Assembly: GCF_009914755.1 (NCBI RefSeq)
Contig: NC_060947.1
Length of the DNA: 64,000 nt
Strand: one strand, 5' to 3'
Source: the human T2T-CHM13v2.0 reference genome, Homo sapiens
How positions within the stretch are numbered: the stretch's first letter is position 1; every line of letters starts with the position of its first letter. Shown piece after piece: positions 28,853 to 42,172 of this stretch. The notes under the pieces were generated by a model. That model was not told where the DNA came from. It made no database searches and saw nothing but the letters and a program-made list of their open reading frames with translations. The position numbers and the translations under genes are program-made.

Positions 28853-31008
28853 CTTCTATGTGTTCTAAGAGGGCGAAGAAAGTTATTCAATGATTACAAA
28901 TATGTAATTACAGAATCGCCTACTTTTTAGGTGGTTGCTCCATCAGTTTTAAGAACCTTAACATAATTTGATTAAAATTACCTAAATTAGTGTCTCTCTT
29001 TAATGTGATTATTTGTGCTTAAAATGGCACCACCATGTTAAGTTAAACCTTTCAAAATTATGCAAAGGTCTATTTTTTTCTACTCTCCCATTTTCTCTAA
29101 CATCAATTGAGTCAACTGCTATACAGTATTTCTTACCTAATAGATAACATACGATATCTAACAGTTATGGGTGGAAGCCTAATTTTTGTGGTTGTCAACT
29201 CATGCTTACACTTCTGTCTTTACTTCTGTAATTAGTGATGGGCACTGAGATGAAAATCATCTGTGTGTTAAAATTGCCGCCATCGGCGGATGCCCCAAAT
29301 ACCCACAGAATTTCATCAGTTTAGGAATTTTATCATCCAGAGCTGTAAGGTTCAAAGCTTAATCCAATTATGACCCAGGCATGACTCAGCTCCCAAATGC
29401 TAACTCTGACCAATCTCTCCTATCAAATGTCTTTGAAAAAAATCCAACCAGAGGACAAAGTTATATAGAGAGATGAAAATGTCAGAGATTTACTGGAAGC
29501 TGTGACTTATACACCATCTCCTCTTGCTTTATTAGACTCTAAATGACTTGGTAAGTATGGAATCAAAGGAGAAAAGAAAATATGCCAGCAAGGTGATGGT
29601 TGGATACATCCATCCCCAAGAAAAACAAACTTACCAAGCTAACTTAAATCTCTAGTTCATATAGTTCTAAAACGGAAATTTTCACAGGACTATCTGGTAA
29701 AACACTAAAATTGGGCTCTTCATCTTTCATTTTTTGAAAATGTGCAATTTGTGAGGAAGTGCTCCCTTTATTGGTATATGGTACCATCAGATGTAGCTAA
29801 GTGTTCTGCTTGCTTTGAAATCTAAAGATTTCTACTACATGTGAATGACTTTACAATTTTCTAATTTATTTCCATTTGTACTGATTGTATAACATATATC
29901 TCTGCCTTAAATTTTTTAAAAATATAAATATTTCTTTAAAACTGATTGGAATCTATTGACTCTCCATTGGAAAACCTTCCACTGAGGAATATATGATCTT
30001 ACAGAATTTATTACCCAACATACAGTTTTTTATTAATCTTAGAGTCTTATCAGTAATCTACACTTTTCCAAATACTTATTGAACTTTCTTTTAAATCTGT
30101 GAAGATTCTATATATATAGAATCTCATGTATAGAATACCTATATATTTTATACCTATATATAGAAAATTTCCCTTGCCAAATTGACTTGTAATTTACTGG
30201 CAATCATTTCTATAATAGAGAGTTTAATAAGGTAATGGTTCCAAATGTATACTATCTAGATGTATGTTGTTTATATGTAAATATCTTAGATGCTTAACAT
30301 ATTATTATATTAAAATTATGTTATGTTTATATATAAATACAAAACCTATCACAGTTTCTCAGTAAGATTACGCAAAAGTAAAGAAGGTATTTTTTTAACA
30401 TCTCTTATTCCACATCTTAGTACATTTGAGGATTTTCTTTGCCATAGTAAGCTACTGAATCTCAAATAAATTGTTTAAATGCGCGAAGATTGAAGCTCTG
30501 CACAAAGTCACTCCTAATGTGTCACTATTTCTTCATTTTCCATTTGAATCTAGGAGCATTTGTTTAGGTTTATTAACTTTGAAACTGCTACAGCAAAAGA
30601 AATGTAATTTGCCATAAGTAACTATTGAACACAGTGATACCTTCAACACCAAGAATTATCTGCTACTCCAAATAGTTTATTAATGAAATTCTGATCATGT
30701 CCTTTACACGATCATTACAAACAAATTTTGTTTTAAAATCCAATTCTACAACATTTAGAAATAAACTTTGGAGAGGCTAATCTTTAAAATGAACATAAAA
30801 ATAACACTTAAGCACTCTAGCAATGGCGGAAAAGGGACAGAAAAGCATGGATTCAGTGTACAGCCTCCTTAAGCAGGTATTTTCTTAGGATTTCCCTCCT
30901 GCAGATCCCATAAGCCTAAATTCAGACAAATTCTGTTTATTTAAAGGAGAAAACCGCAAGACATGCTTGCTTAAAATATTTAAAGATGAATTTGAAAAGC
31001 CCTTCATT

Positions 31009-31320
31009 GGCTGGGCTATGGGGCATGCCTGTAATACCAACACTTTGGGAGGCTCAGGCGGCAGATTACTTGAGGTCAGGAGTTCGAGACCAGCCTGACC
31101 AACATGGGAAAACCCAGTCTCTACTGAAAATACAAAAATTGGCCAGGCATGGTGGTGTGCACCTGTTATCTTAGCTACTCGGGAGGCTGAGGCTTAGAGC
31201 TTGAGCCGCAGAAGTGGAGGTGACAGTGAGCTGAGATTGTACCATTGCACTCCAGCCTGGGCAACAGAGAAAGACTTCTTCTCAAAAATAAAGATAGATA
31301 TATATATATACAAATTTTTT
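31009..31320 (+). mobile_element. Alu (AluS-like)
   Basis: TSD AAAAGCCCTTCATT / AAAACCCTTCATT; tail converted to GATA/TA repeats. Confidence 0.95.
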
Positions 31321-32144
31321 AAAACCCTTCATTATTTGGTATGCAAAAATAATTTTCCCCTTCATTTGGGACCAAAGTGACTAATAGTGACTGTTTTCTC
31401 CTTTCTTTTTTGGAATAAAGATAGAAAGTTAATTTTAGGACACAAGCTGGAAAAATCTCACAGTTGGATTTTTCTATGAAAAAGTTGTCTTGCATAGCAA
31501 ATCACAAGCATAAATGGCTAAATATTTTCACATATTAATAAGCTGTTAGCTTGTAGAGTGAGAATTTTGTCCATTGACTGATTGGCAATTTTAGTCAAAT
31601 ATTGTTACAGTAAAAGAATCTTCATTCAGCTCCCCTGTATAGAGTCTTTATAATTTATTTGTTAATATTATTTAACCATTTTTGTATGGGGTCCTTTAAG
31701 TTTTCTTATTGATTTTTACTTTTTTCATCCTAGGATTTAGATACATAGGATCATTTTTTAGTGTTATGCATTGAACATAATATCTGAGAAATTTTTTTTC
31801 ACTTCTTTTTGTTTAAGAATTATTTTAGAGCAAAAAAATGTGTAATCCTGATGTTTTGAAATCAATCTATATTCTCCTTTGTGGACTATTTATTTTTTTA
31901 ATGACTGAAGACATCTCTTCCTAACCTAAAGACATACCTAGCTTGTAATGGATGTTGTACTACAAACCTTACAATTTTACATAAAAAAAAAAGCATGATG
32001 AAGAGTACGTGACATGCCAGAGATGGAGTATTGTGTTGGAATGTAAGGAAATGACTCACTGAAGGGATATTTGGGCACAGAAAGTGAAGAGAGAGGACAA
32101 GTATATCTGCAGAGAGCATGGTCAAAGCAGGGAAAACATCAAGT

Positions 32145-32295
32145 ACCAAAATCCTAACCACAAGGAAACAAGTATACGAGGTGATGGATATGTTAATCAA
32201 CTTGATTTAATCATTTGACATTGGATACATATATCAAAACATCTCAGTGCACACCAGAAACATATACCATTTTTATGTGTCAACCAAAAAACAAA
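32145..32295 (+). mobile_element. L1MA-like 3' end
   Basis: GAGGTGATGGATATGTTAATCAACTTGATTTAATCATT..ATATCAAAACATC. Confidence 0.75.
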
Positions 32296-32599
32296 TATTT
32301 TGAAAATTCATCATAGACTAAGGAAAACAAAAACAACGTTCTGAGGCAGGATTATATAGAAGTTCAGTGTGGTTCGAGGGGAGGAGGCAGGAGTAATCTT
32401 GATAAAAGGTGTCAGAGAAAAAATAGCGATGAGACCTCATGGGCATTTTATAGGGCCATGGTAAGTGCTTAACTTCTACTCTAAGGAAGGAAACCATTTA
32501 GGGGTTGAGAGTTACATTGCGCCCTTATCTCTCTAGGCATGTCCATCTTTTAAAATGTATTTCGGCAATAAAGCGTAAATAAGATTTAGTCACTAATTT

Positions 32600-34305
<1,706 letters not shown>

Positions 34306-34779
34306 ATAACTGCCAGTTTTATACAAACCTTTATATCCTTAAATTTTAGATATGTCTCTTGTTTGTACAAAGTACATAGCAAGATATTTTTGTCTGTTTG
34401 TATTTAATTCAAACTTTCTTCTTTGCTGAACTTTTACTCTGCTTCTCTTATTTCTTTTTTATATATTTTGAATAAATATATGACATTTTTCCCAGTCTGG
34501 ATGGGAATCCTTAAATCCCATCTTCCTGAAACTAAATAATAGCACTTTTGACATTTCTAGTCAAAATGCTGTTAGATATTGCTTTTATTACAATTCTATT
34601 TTTCTCCTGAATTTTAATCAGAATTATGTACAATAATTTTTTAATAATGCATTTATATTTTCAGATCTCTACCTCTTCATGCAGAATTTTTTATTTTTCC
34701 AAGTCAACTCCTCAGGCCCTCAGAATTCTAGTACTTTTTATAGCTGAGTCTATTCTGTATCGTAACACATCCTTTGAAT

Positions 34780-35036
34780 TTTCTTTTTCATTTCTTTTTT
34801 TTTTTTTTTTATATCTTTGAGATAGGGTCTCATTCTGTCTCCTAGGCTGGAGGGCAGTGGCATGATCATGGCTCACTCCAGCTTTGATCTCCTGGACTCA
34901 AGCAATCTTCCCATCTCAGCCTTTCGAGTATCTGGGACCACAGGTGCACACCATCATGCCTGGCTGTTTTTTTTTTTAACTTTTATTTTTCGTAGAGATG
35001 GGGTCTTGCCCGTCTTGAACTCCTGGGCTCAAGTGA
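34780..35036 (-). mobile_element. AluJ-like, 5'-truncated
   Basis: Reverse Alu ending at GGGCTCAAGTGAT. Confidence 0.9.
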
Positions 35037-35427
35037 TAAACTTTTATTTTTAATATTTTTGTAATAATATAACCATACACAATTGAGAGCTACTATACCT
35101 CAACAAACTGCATTATTATGAATACTTGTTAATGTAATTGTATCATCAATGCAACTAAATTAGTAAAACATTTGTTCAAGTTTTTGACTGTGTGCATGTA
35201 GTTGTTTATCTGGAAATTGTACCCAGTTTGATTCTCATTACTTTATCAAATAGGAAAGAATGCTTTTTTTAAAAAAAAGAAAAAAATTAATCATTAAAAT
35301 TGAACATCAAATGGAGTTTATTAATAAATTTGCTTTTTAAATAACAGTTATTGCTCTAGATGAAATACTTTTTCTTCTTTTACTCCAAACTAAACAAATA
35401 AGATTGTGATTCCTTTTGTAACTGAGT

Positions 35428-35884
35428 TGATATGGTTAGGCTTTGTGTCCCCACTCAAGTCTCATCTTGAATAGTAATCCCTGTAGTCCCCAGGTGTTGA
35501 GGGAGGAACTAGGTGGAGGTAATTGAATCACGGGGTTTATATAAAACTGGCAGGTATGGGCCAGGTGCGGTGGCTCACACCTGTAATCCCAGCACTTTGG
35601 GAGGCCGTAATTGAATCATTTCCCCCATGCTGTTCTCCTGATAATGAGTGAATCTCACGAGATCTTACGGTTTTATAAGCATCTAGCATTTCCCCTGCTT
35701 GAACTCACTCTGTCCTGCTGCCCTGTGAAGAATGTACCTGCTTCTCCTTTGCCTTCCACCATGATTGTAAGTTTCCTGAGGCCTCCCCGGCAATGCAGAA
35801 CTGTAAGTCAATTAAATCTCTATCATTTATAAATTACCCAGTCTCAGGTATTTCTTCATAGCAGTGTGAGAACGGACTAATACA
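35428..35884 (+). mobile_element. THE1/MST-type MaLR solo LTR carrying a foreign insertion
   Basis: TGATATGGTTAGGCTTTGTGTCCCCAC...GAACGGACTAATACA. Confidence 0.92.
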
Positions 35885-37528
35885 CTAGTAGTTAACCATA
35901 TAAAGTAGAAAAAAATTGAAAACATATCAAACATAAATATTAACTAATATTTAACACATTGTTACAATATATTCATATAAATCAGGTGAAGTTTTTTATT
36001 AATAAAGTAAAAATACAAAAATTTATGAAAATACATGAACATACTTGCTCAAAGAAGATACAGGGAACTTCAGGAAGGTTTTGGGTGGACTGCCAGTATC
36101 TGGTCACCTGTTACAATTATTAGCTGAAAATTGTCAAAGTCAAATTGATGCTTTGTGTTACCCTTCACAGTGAGATCTGAAATATAATAGAAATTGTCTT
36201 TTGTGCATAATGTGAGGTAGACATCAATATTCCTTTTTTTTTTTTACCCTATAGCTAAGGATTCTTTGTATCTCTCTGTGCTGCTGCCTTTGTCATGAAT
36301 CAAGTGACAATATATGTCTGATCAACACTCCGTTCTTTTCTAATTCATCTTAGTGTCTCTCTTTGTGTTTAAAGCACATTGCTTTAATTGTTGCAGTAAT
36401 TAGTGACTGGTGTATGTTTTCCAAACTTCTTATCTCTCAAGATTGTCTCACCAAATCTTAGCATTAGTCATTTCCATTACAGTTCATTATCGACATTGAT
36501 TTTCACAGAAGCCCAGCTTTAATTTTGATTTTTTTATGGTGAATTCATACTTGATAGGTAAATTGGAGGAGATTTGACACCTTTATATAAACATTAAAAT
36601 ATTGATATTCACATGCAGTTGAGTGATAGATTCTTTAATGTACTTCAAGTTATTCAACGCATCAAAGTTTTTAAAAATTGTCATTGAGATTTTAGGTATG
36701 GGGACTGGCATAACAAAATACACACACAACTCTGAAAACATTTTAATTCTGAAATCATGATATATTGTTTATAATTTTTGTTCATTTGAGTGTAGTGCAA
36801 TATTCATGTTTAATGTGCATTGTCAAAACAATATTTTCATTTGTTAAAACAAAAAAAACTTAGTTTATTAATATTTGCAAAAATGAACAATGGAAGAAAT
36901 TCATCCACTTTTATGTCCTCATTTGAGCTTTATATTTCCCAGTTGGATAATTGAGTTTTCAAAATAAAACTTCTGACAAAAAAAAAAAAAACACTTCAGG
37001 GAAAATTTGGATTGGTAGAATCTGCCAATAGAACAAAGATATAAACAGAATAACAATATTTTGAAGAAGAACAAGAATACAAATTTAAGAACACAACCTG
37101 GAAAGAAATACAACTTAAAGTAAGAAAAAAAAAAATGCACTCAATGACATAAATTATACCTGAGTGAGGAGACCAACTCATTGAATTAAGATACCAGGTC
37201 TATTAATTAAAGAAAGCTATGCTATTATGCTTGTCATCCAAGGCACAGTAAGATGTCTAGCTTTTAATGGAAGTCTTGGGTCCCGAATAAATTAAAATTG
37301 ATTTTGCTGCTTTTATTTTAAGTTGTACAGTGACAAAAAACGATGAATTCTTAGTCTCACAGAGCCAAACTGGAAAGTCAACATCATGTTTACTGCAAAA
37401 AGCAGGTGCACTGCAGGATTTAATTGGGTAGTGAATTTCATTGAAGAAAAAATACTGTTTTTAATAATCATTTGTGTGTTCACTATTACTCTTGTATTTG
37501 TTATGGTATTGGTTGCTTTACAGTAATT

Positions 37529-37830
<302 letters not shown>

Positions 37831-38003
37831 AACAGCGTACAGTAATTTGTAATGAGAAATGTATTTCTCTATGAATTTCTAACCAATGAGGTGCCATCTG
37901 TAGACGTGCTCACTAAATTACTGAGCCATGTAGTGTTCTCTTCCCTTCAAATATTTGGAAGTATTACAGTAAGAACTTCTGACAGATTTGGAGAATTTGG
38001 GGG

Positions 38004-38194
38004 TGTTCTGTGTGGGAAACGTCCAAGGGGAAAAGAAAAGACACACACACAATACCTTTAAGGGTAAACAACATTTATCCTATGTAAATGGTAATACAGA
38101 TACAATAAGCAAATGATATAATAAGCAAATTGCAATGGGAAGGGGAGAAGGGAAAATACATATGTGTGTGTATATATATGTATGTATATATGTG

Positions 38195-38241
<47 letters not shown>

Positions 38242-38638
38242 TTACACTTACCAGACCATGGAGGAAGCTTCACCAGACCGGGAAGCAACAGCCTGGGCTC
38301 CAGAGTCGGCTGCCTGTCCCGCACAGACTAGGAGAGGTCTCATGAAGCTTCAGCATAGTCTGGGACCCTAGCTCTTTTTGTTACAAGTTGTTTGGCATAA
38401 GGCCTAGTCACGAGGGCCCTTCATGACTGGGCTCAAGGAACACAAAGAGGTCAACTCATTTTTGCGATCGTCTGTTGTTTTTCAATAACTATTTCAATCT
38501 ATTGAAATAGAGATTTCCCAGAAACAGCACTGGATGAATGCCTCAAGGGGCTCACACAACCTGTTCTGGGACTTGGTGACCATTGTTTGTGTCTACATTC
38601 AATTGAGTTCAAATTTAATATTTAACTTTTCCTCCATA
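38004..38638 (-). repeat. 3' LTR (LTR66-like)
   Basis: TATGGAGGAAAAGTTAAATATT...CACAGAACA on minus; homologous to 42009-42576. Confidence 0.92.
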
Positions 38639-38663
38639 TTTGGCCTCAATTTCATACCCAGTT

Positions 38664-39887
38664 TTAGGAAAATACCCTTGCAGATAAATGGGAAATACAT
38701 AATTGGTAGAGGTTACAGAATCAGGGTAAGCTGAGGAGAATCAGAAGCACAAGTAACAAGAACCACACCCACCATGGCCAACGCCAATGCCAGTTGGAAA
38801 GCCAGTCCACGATGGGGTCCTGACGGCTAGATTCTAGACGTTGTACTCGCGCCCACATACCTTTCGCAAGAAGGGTGACATGGCGGGAATTGTCTGGGAT
38901 ATATACACAGCACTTAGTGTGTACTCCTCCTTGGGCTGCAGTAAGCATGTCAGGTGCCACATGGTTCTGCAGGACAACTGTGCGCAGTTGAGCACGTTGA
39001 TCTAATAATAACATAAGCCCAGAACTACTATCATTAAGAGCCTTTTCTGTGTGCAAGCTTAAGACTTTGGTTTGCTGCTGGAGTAAGACAGTGCCTGCAG
39101 CAGGATAGAGTATTGTGACAGGATACCACCACCATGGGGTTCGACGCACTTGCAACCAGCGATATTTATAAGTTTCTAAATTACTAGGGAGAGAAATGTC
39201 ATCATGGACCGTAAATGGAATTAATGGCCACCCCCAAGTGCATCTTCCTGTCCAGTGTGGGGGTAGATATCGCCACCCTGAGAGCCCGCATACCCATAGG
39301 GCCCCCCAGGGGACGATGAGGACCTGGCTGTAATTATATTGTGGTAATAGTATCTCATTAAAGTGGGAAAGGGTTTGTGTTTCATTGAGGGCAGTGTTGT
39401 TGATTTGGAGAATGTGTTTACAATTATCTAATGGGAGAAATCCTAAGGTGGCATTAAGGGAGCCATTTAATGCCTCTAGGCAAAGGGGAGCCTTAGAAAA
39501 TCCAGCAACTAGCAAAGCTGGTTCCTAATATATACCATTCCATGCATATCGAGCCGGAAGCAAAGACTTTTGGTGCAAGGTGAGGGTGGATTTTGCCCTA
39601 TGTCGGGCTTGGGCAAAGAGTGCCTGTTTAGTGTGAGTGAGAGAGGTCCATGTTGGATTGCAGGTATTATTGTTGTGACCCCATTGGCAGTGGCATAGCC
39701 ACTCTGTCGCATTAGCGGGAATGATTTTCCATGGTAGTCCCCTTCTGGCGGCCTCTGTCAATTCAGTGCAAAGCCAACACTGACTACTGTTCACTTCCCC
39801 TGCAGATGTGGCCATCCAATTGATGAATTTGTTATCTGCCTCAGAAAGGAGAATTCAGGTGCTGGCCATCAACAGGAGAGTTATTCT
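38664..39887 (-). pseudogene. env: Retroviral env remnant (SU+TM), one frame with three premature stops
   Basis: CWLC motif, QVRR degenerate furin site, heptad region, ISD LQNHVAPDMLTAAQGGV, KCCVYIPD, Trp-rich region plus TM helix; stops at 39855, 39525 and 38721. Confidence 0.92.
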
Positions 39888-41985
39888 CTGTAGTAACAAA
39901 AGCGAAGAGGGACATGATATTGTTTTTCATCTTTAGGGCATTGTACTATGCCTTCATTTTCTGCTCCCATAGCTACAAGGTCACCAGCCTTAGGGGTGGG
40001 ATCTGACAGATGCTGTACCCATATTTTGGCTCCAGGGTTTAAGCTACGTGTACCAGTGAATCCGAATCCCCCGGTTCTGTGTGTAGCCTTTGTTGGGGCA
40101 GAGATTTCCTCAGGGGTTAATTGCTGACAAGGTACCACTAACAACTGAGCAACCCGCATCTGCGGTTTTATAACAAAAATATCTGGAGGGGTATTACATA
40201 AAATGACCTTTAACTTTCCCCGGTAATCACTGTCAATTATGCCCCCATGTACTGTAATACCCCGCATTGCAAGATGTAATCCACTCATAATGTTTGCACG
40301 GTATTATAACTCCTAGGCCGGTGGCTACCACGTATGTACTTTGGGCAGGAATTATTCCAGGCTTGAAACTATATAAGTCCAAACCGGCAGCTTCTACTGT
40401 ATTTCTCCAAGGTAATATAGCCTCTGGGTGGATTTTCCAGCATTTCAGCGAGAGAGGTCGGACTACACCTGCACACTTAGCAATTTGTAGGTGTGGAGTA
40501 AGCATTCGGCTTAACGGGGTCTCAGAAGTTGTTAATGGCTGAGTCTTTAAAACCTGTAGTGCATCAAACAGGTGATCCTTCCATTTTTCTAACTTACCTT
40601 GCCCTAACACCTTTAGCTGTTTTTTCAATAACCCATTCTTTCTTTCAATGAAGCCAGCCGCCCGCAGGTGGTAAGGGATACGGAAAACCCATTCAATGCC
40701 ATGTTGGGTGGCAAAGGTTGTCTGTCTGAATTTGTGTGGGAACACCATAATATAAAATTAAAATATTTAAAGTTTTGATGGTATTGGTTTGATTAGCATT
40801 GCCGTAGGCACATGCTACTAGAAATCCTGAATATGTATCCTCGGCAGTGCATAGGTACTGACATCCTTTGGAGTGTGGCAATGGACCAATGTAATCCATT
40901 TGCCAAATTTGTCCGGGCATTTTCCCCCTATGAATGTGCCCCATAACCCTTTGAGGAACTGCTTGGTTTTAACTGCTGGCATGCAGTGCATTGGGATAAA
41001 ATTGTGCAAACCACATCCTGGGGTAATGATATTCCTCTTTGCTCTCCTCAAACCATGGTCCCGTGGACACATAGATGCCCGCACCTGTGATGCACCCATC
41101 GCGTGAGTGCAGCCCAGTCCTGTTCTCCCAGGCCCGATTCTGCAGTAATGTGGAAATTTGAGCTTGTTGATCTGCCTGCTGATTAAATAGTCTGCCAAGA
41201 GAAAGCAGAGACGCGTAAGCATTTCCACCAACATGGAAAACAGTGATAGTTGTAGTGTGCGCCAGAATCCAGATATCTTCCCAGTATTGTTTTCCCCAAA
41301 CCTCTTTATTCCCGAGTAACCATTTGTTTCGTTGCCATTGGGTCTTGCAAGTAGTGAAACCATTTGCTATTGACCAAGAGTAGGCATACAGGTGACAAAT
41401 CCCCCTGGCCTCCTCCTGAATAGCTGGGAGGATGGCTACTAGTTCAGCCAGCTGGCTGCTCCCACCCCTTCCTTCATCAGAAATGCTTATGTTTTTAACA
41501 GGATTATAAGCCGCAGCCTTCCAGCATCGGGTTCCACCAATGTATTTGGCAGATCCATCAGTAAACCAAGCGCGTTTCTGATCCTCTGGGCTTAGTTCTT
41601 TAAAGGATTTGCCTCATTGGACAGGGGAGATCTCCTTCCCTATCTGTAGGATTTGCTCAGTGGTTTCCTGAGTTAGCATGTTTTGTACATCCTCAGGTAA
41701 AAATGATACCCCCTTTGGTCCCGGCTTACCCCTATCTTGTCTATACCATTTCTATTTTATGATGCTACTTTCTTGGGCGTGCCCTATTCGATGGGTTTTA
41801 GGGGAGCTTCTGACGCAAGTCATAATAGGAAACTTAGGTCTCATAAAAACATCATGGTTGAAGCAGAGGGGCTCTGTTTCCAGCAAAGCCCAATAGCAAG
41901 CTAACAGTTGCTTTTCGAAAGGGGTATAAGCTTTGCCGGCCTCTGGCAGCTTCTGGGTCCAAAACCCCAAAGGCACCCTCTTCCC
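39881..41985 (-). pseudogene. pol: pol remnant: tether, RNase H, integrase, dUTPase and C-terminal domain, frameshifted
   Basis: PLGFWTQKLP..YTPFEKQLLACYWAL; AWFTDGSA (RNase H); WQMDYIGPLP, IQTDN, AAGFIERKNGLLK (D,D-35-E). Confidence 0.93.
40053..40445 (-). pseudogene. dut: Trimeric-type dUTPase domain, frameshifted near 40275
   Basis: Motifs AGLDL, GIIDSDYRG, RVAQL and RTGGFGFTG in order. Confidence 0.92.
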
Positions 41986-42003
41986 ATCCTGTTCGTGACG
42001 CCA
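41986..42003 (-). promoter_or_regulatory. Primer binding site, tRNA-Ser(CGA)-type
   Basis: TGGCGTCACGAACAGGAT, 5 nt after the 5' LTR; complementary to ...AUCCUGUUCGUGACG-CCA, the 3' end of a human tRNA-Ser-CGA as I recall it. Confidence 0.85.
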
Positions 42004-42008
42004 AAAAA

Positions 42009-42141
42009 TCTTCTGTGCAGGAAATGCGTGAGGGGAAAAGACACACACACAATACTTTTAAGGGTGAACAACCTTTATCCCATGTAAATGGCAATACAGA
42101 TATAATAAGCAAATTGCAATGCCAAGGGGAGAAGGGAAAAA

Positions 42142-42172
<31 letters not shown>

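Noticed and set aside
40233-40445. Apparent second dUTPase copy
   Set aside because: It is the N-terminal part (motif 1) of the single dUTPase, split from motifs 3-5 by a frameshift
41986-42003. tRNA gene
   Set aside because: Only the 18-nt 3' complement (PBS) is present; no cloverleaf
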